This document shows, piece after piece, positions 37,369-38,119 of a stretch of 38,119 nucleotides of DNA. The position numbers and the translations under genes were made by a program. Position 1 is the first letter of the stretch; the number at the start of each line of letters is the position of its first letter. The notes beneath the pieces were generated by a model, which worked only from the letters and a program-made list of their open reading frames with translations, searched no databases and had not been told where the DNA came from. This DNA comes from Atractiella rhizophila (lineage: Eukaryota): contig MU271233.1 in NCBI GenBank assembly GCA_021432655.1, forward strand, positions 24,131 to 62,249. The letters are read 5' to 3'.

Positions 37369-37382
37369 AAACCCTAACCCTA
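37369..37382. promoter_or_regulatory. AAACCCTAACCCTA telobox-like motif in the divergent Pil1-like/SPT5 promoter
   Basis: Motif about 90 nt upstream of the SPT5 ATG, within a 308-bp divergent intergenic region. Confidence 0.3.
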
Positions 37383-37464
37383 TCACTTTCCTGGAGTCGC
37401 CGTCAAAGCTCAAAAACGACGACCTGGTCAATTCTGTTTCCTGTCCAGTTTCGCTATCTAAGAC

Positions 37465-38119
37465 ATGTCGTCGCCACTGGGGTCAGCTAACGGAGGGGAG
37501 GGGGATTATGATCCATATGCACAGCGTGAAGAAGAGGCGGGGGATGCAGGTGGAAGCGCTTCAAAAGAGAAGGAAGATGACGATGAAGACGAGGCAAGTC
37601 CTTTCTCGTGACTAGAGCAGGAAGTGAGTCCTAAATGTGTGGCTGGTGACACAGGAGGAAGAAGAGGAAGAGGAAGAGGTGTCTGGTCCACGACGGAAGA
37701 AGGTTCGTTTGCCTCTGTGCCACCACTTCGCAACACTTTGACTTATGTATGGAATGGTTGTAATGGATAGAGAAAGACGCGGGCTGGGCTGTCTGCCTTT
37801 TTGGATGTGGAAGCAGAAGTAGATGAAGAGGAAGAGGAAGAGGAAGAGGAGGCGGAGGAAGGGCTAGACAACGATTTCATCGTTCATCGCGAGACTTCAG
37901 TTGGGGTTGCGGACGATAGAAGACACCGAGACTATGATAGGATGCAGCATGATTTACTGGATAAGAGCGCGCAGGAATTGGCAAAGGAGTTCAGGGAAAG
38001 GTATGCGAGGAGACAAGGAGGGGGGTGGGAGAGCATGGGAGACGCTGTGCCGAGGAACGTTCTTATGCCTGGAGTCAACGATCCGAGCATTTTCGGAGTT
38101 CGATGCAAGGTGCGATATA
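37465..38119 (+). CDS. SPT5: Transcription elongation factor Spt5, 5' part (runs off the window)
   Basis: Acidic N-terminus, FLDVEAEVDEEEEEE, DDRRHRDYDR, AKEFRERY, LMPGVNDPSIFGVRCK. Introns 37594-37654 (GC-AG) and 37703-37770. Confidence 0.93.

Overview
Intron-rich eukaryotic DNA with introns of about 45-70 nt and GT/GC-AG ends, most consistent with a basidiomycete fungus (inference; species not identifiable here). Genes, left to right: a Dal5/Tna1-type MFS transporter, two paralogous small Gly-rich genes, a small MGxxxS/PPxY protein, arginase, an F-box-like protein, a 90-aa single-RRM protein absent from the ORF track, an Itc1/ACF1-type ISWI subunit, a GPI-type chitin deacetylase, a FAR-17a/AIG1-like membrane protein, a second RRM protein, a Pil1/Lsp1-like BAR protein and the 5' part of SPT5. 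Three highlights. (1) The small RRM gene is best explained by a single-nucleotide exon (G on the minus strand, position 17725) between two normal introns. (2) A 281-nt ITC1 intron holds a three-hairpin H/ACA-like RNA candidate. (3) Three head-to-tail duplications (3.4, 1.7 and 3.3 kb) each have exactly one extra 'a' and no microhomology at the junction, which most likely reflects haplotype overlaps joined by the assembler rather than real duplications. All gene models were spliced by eye; no searches were run.
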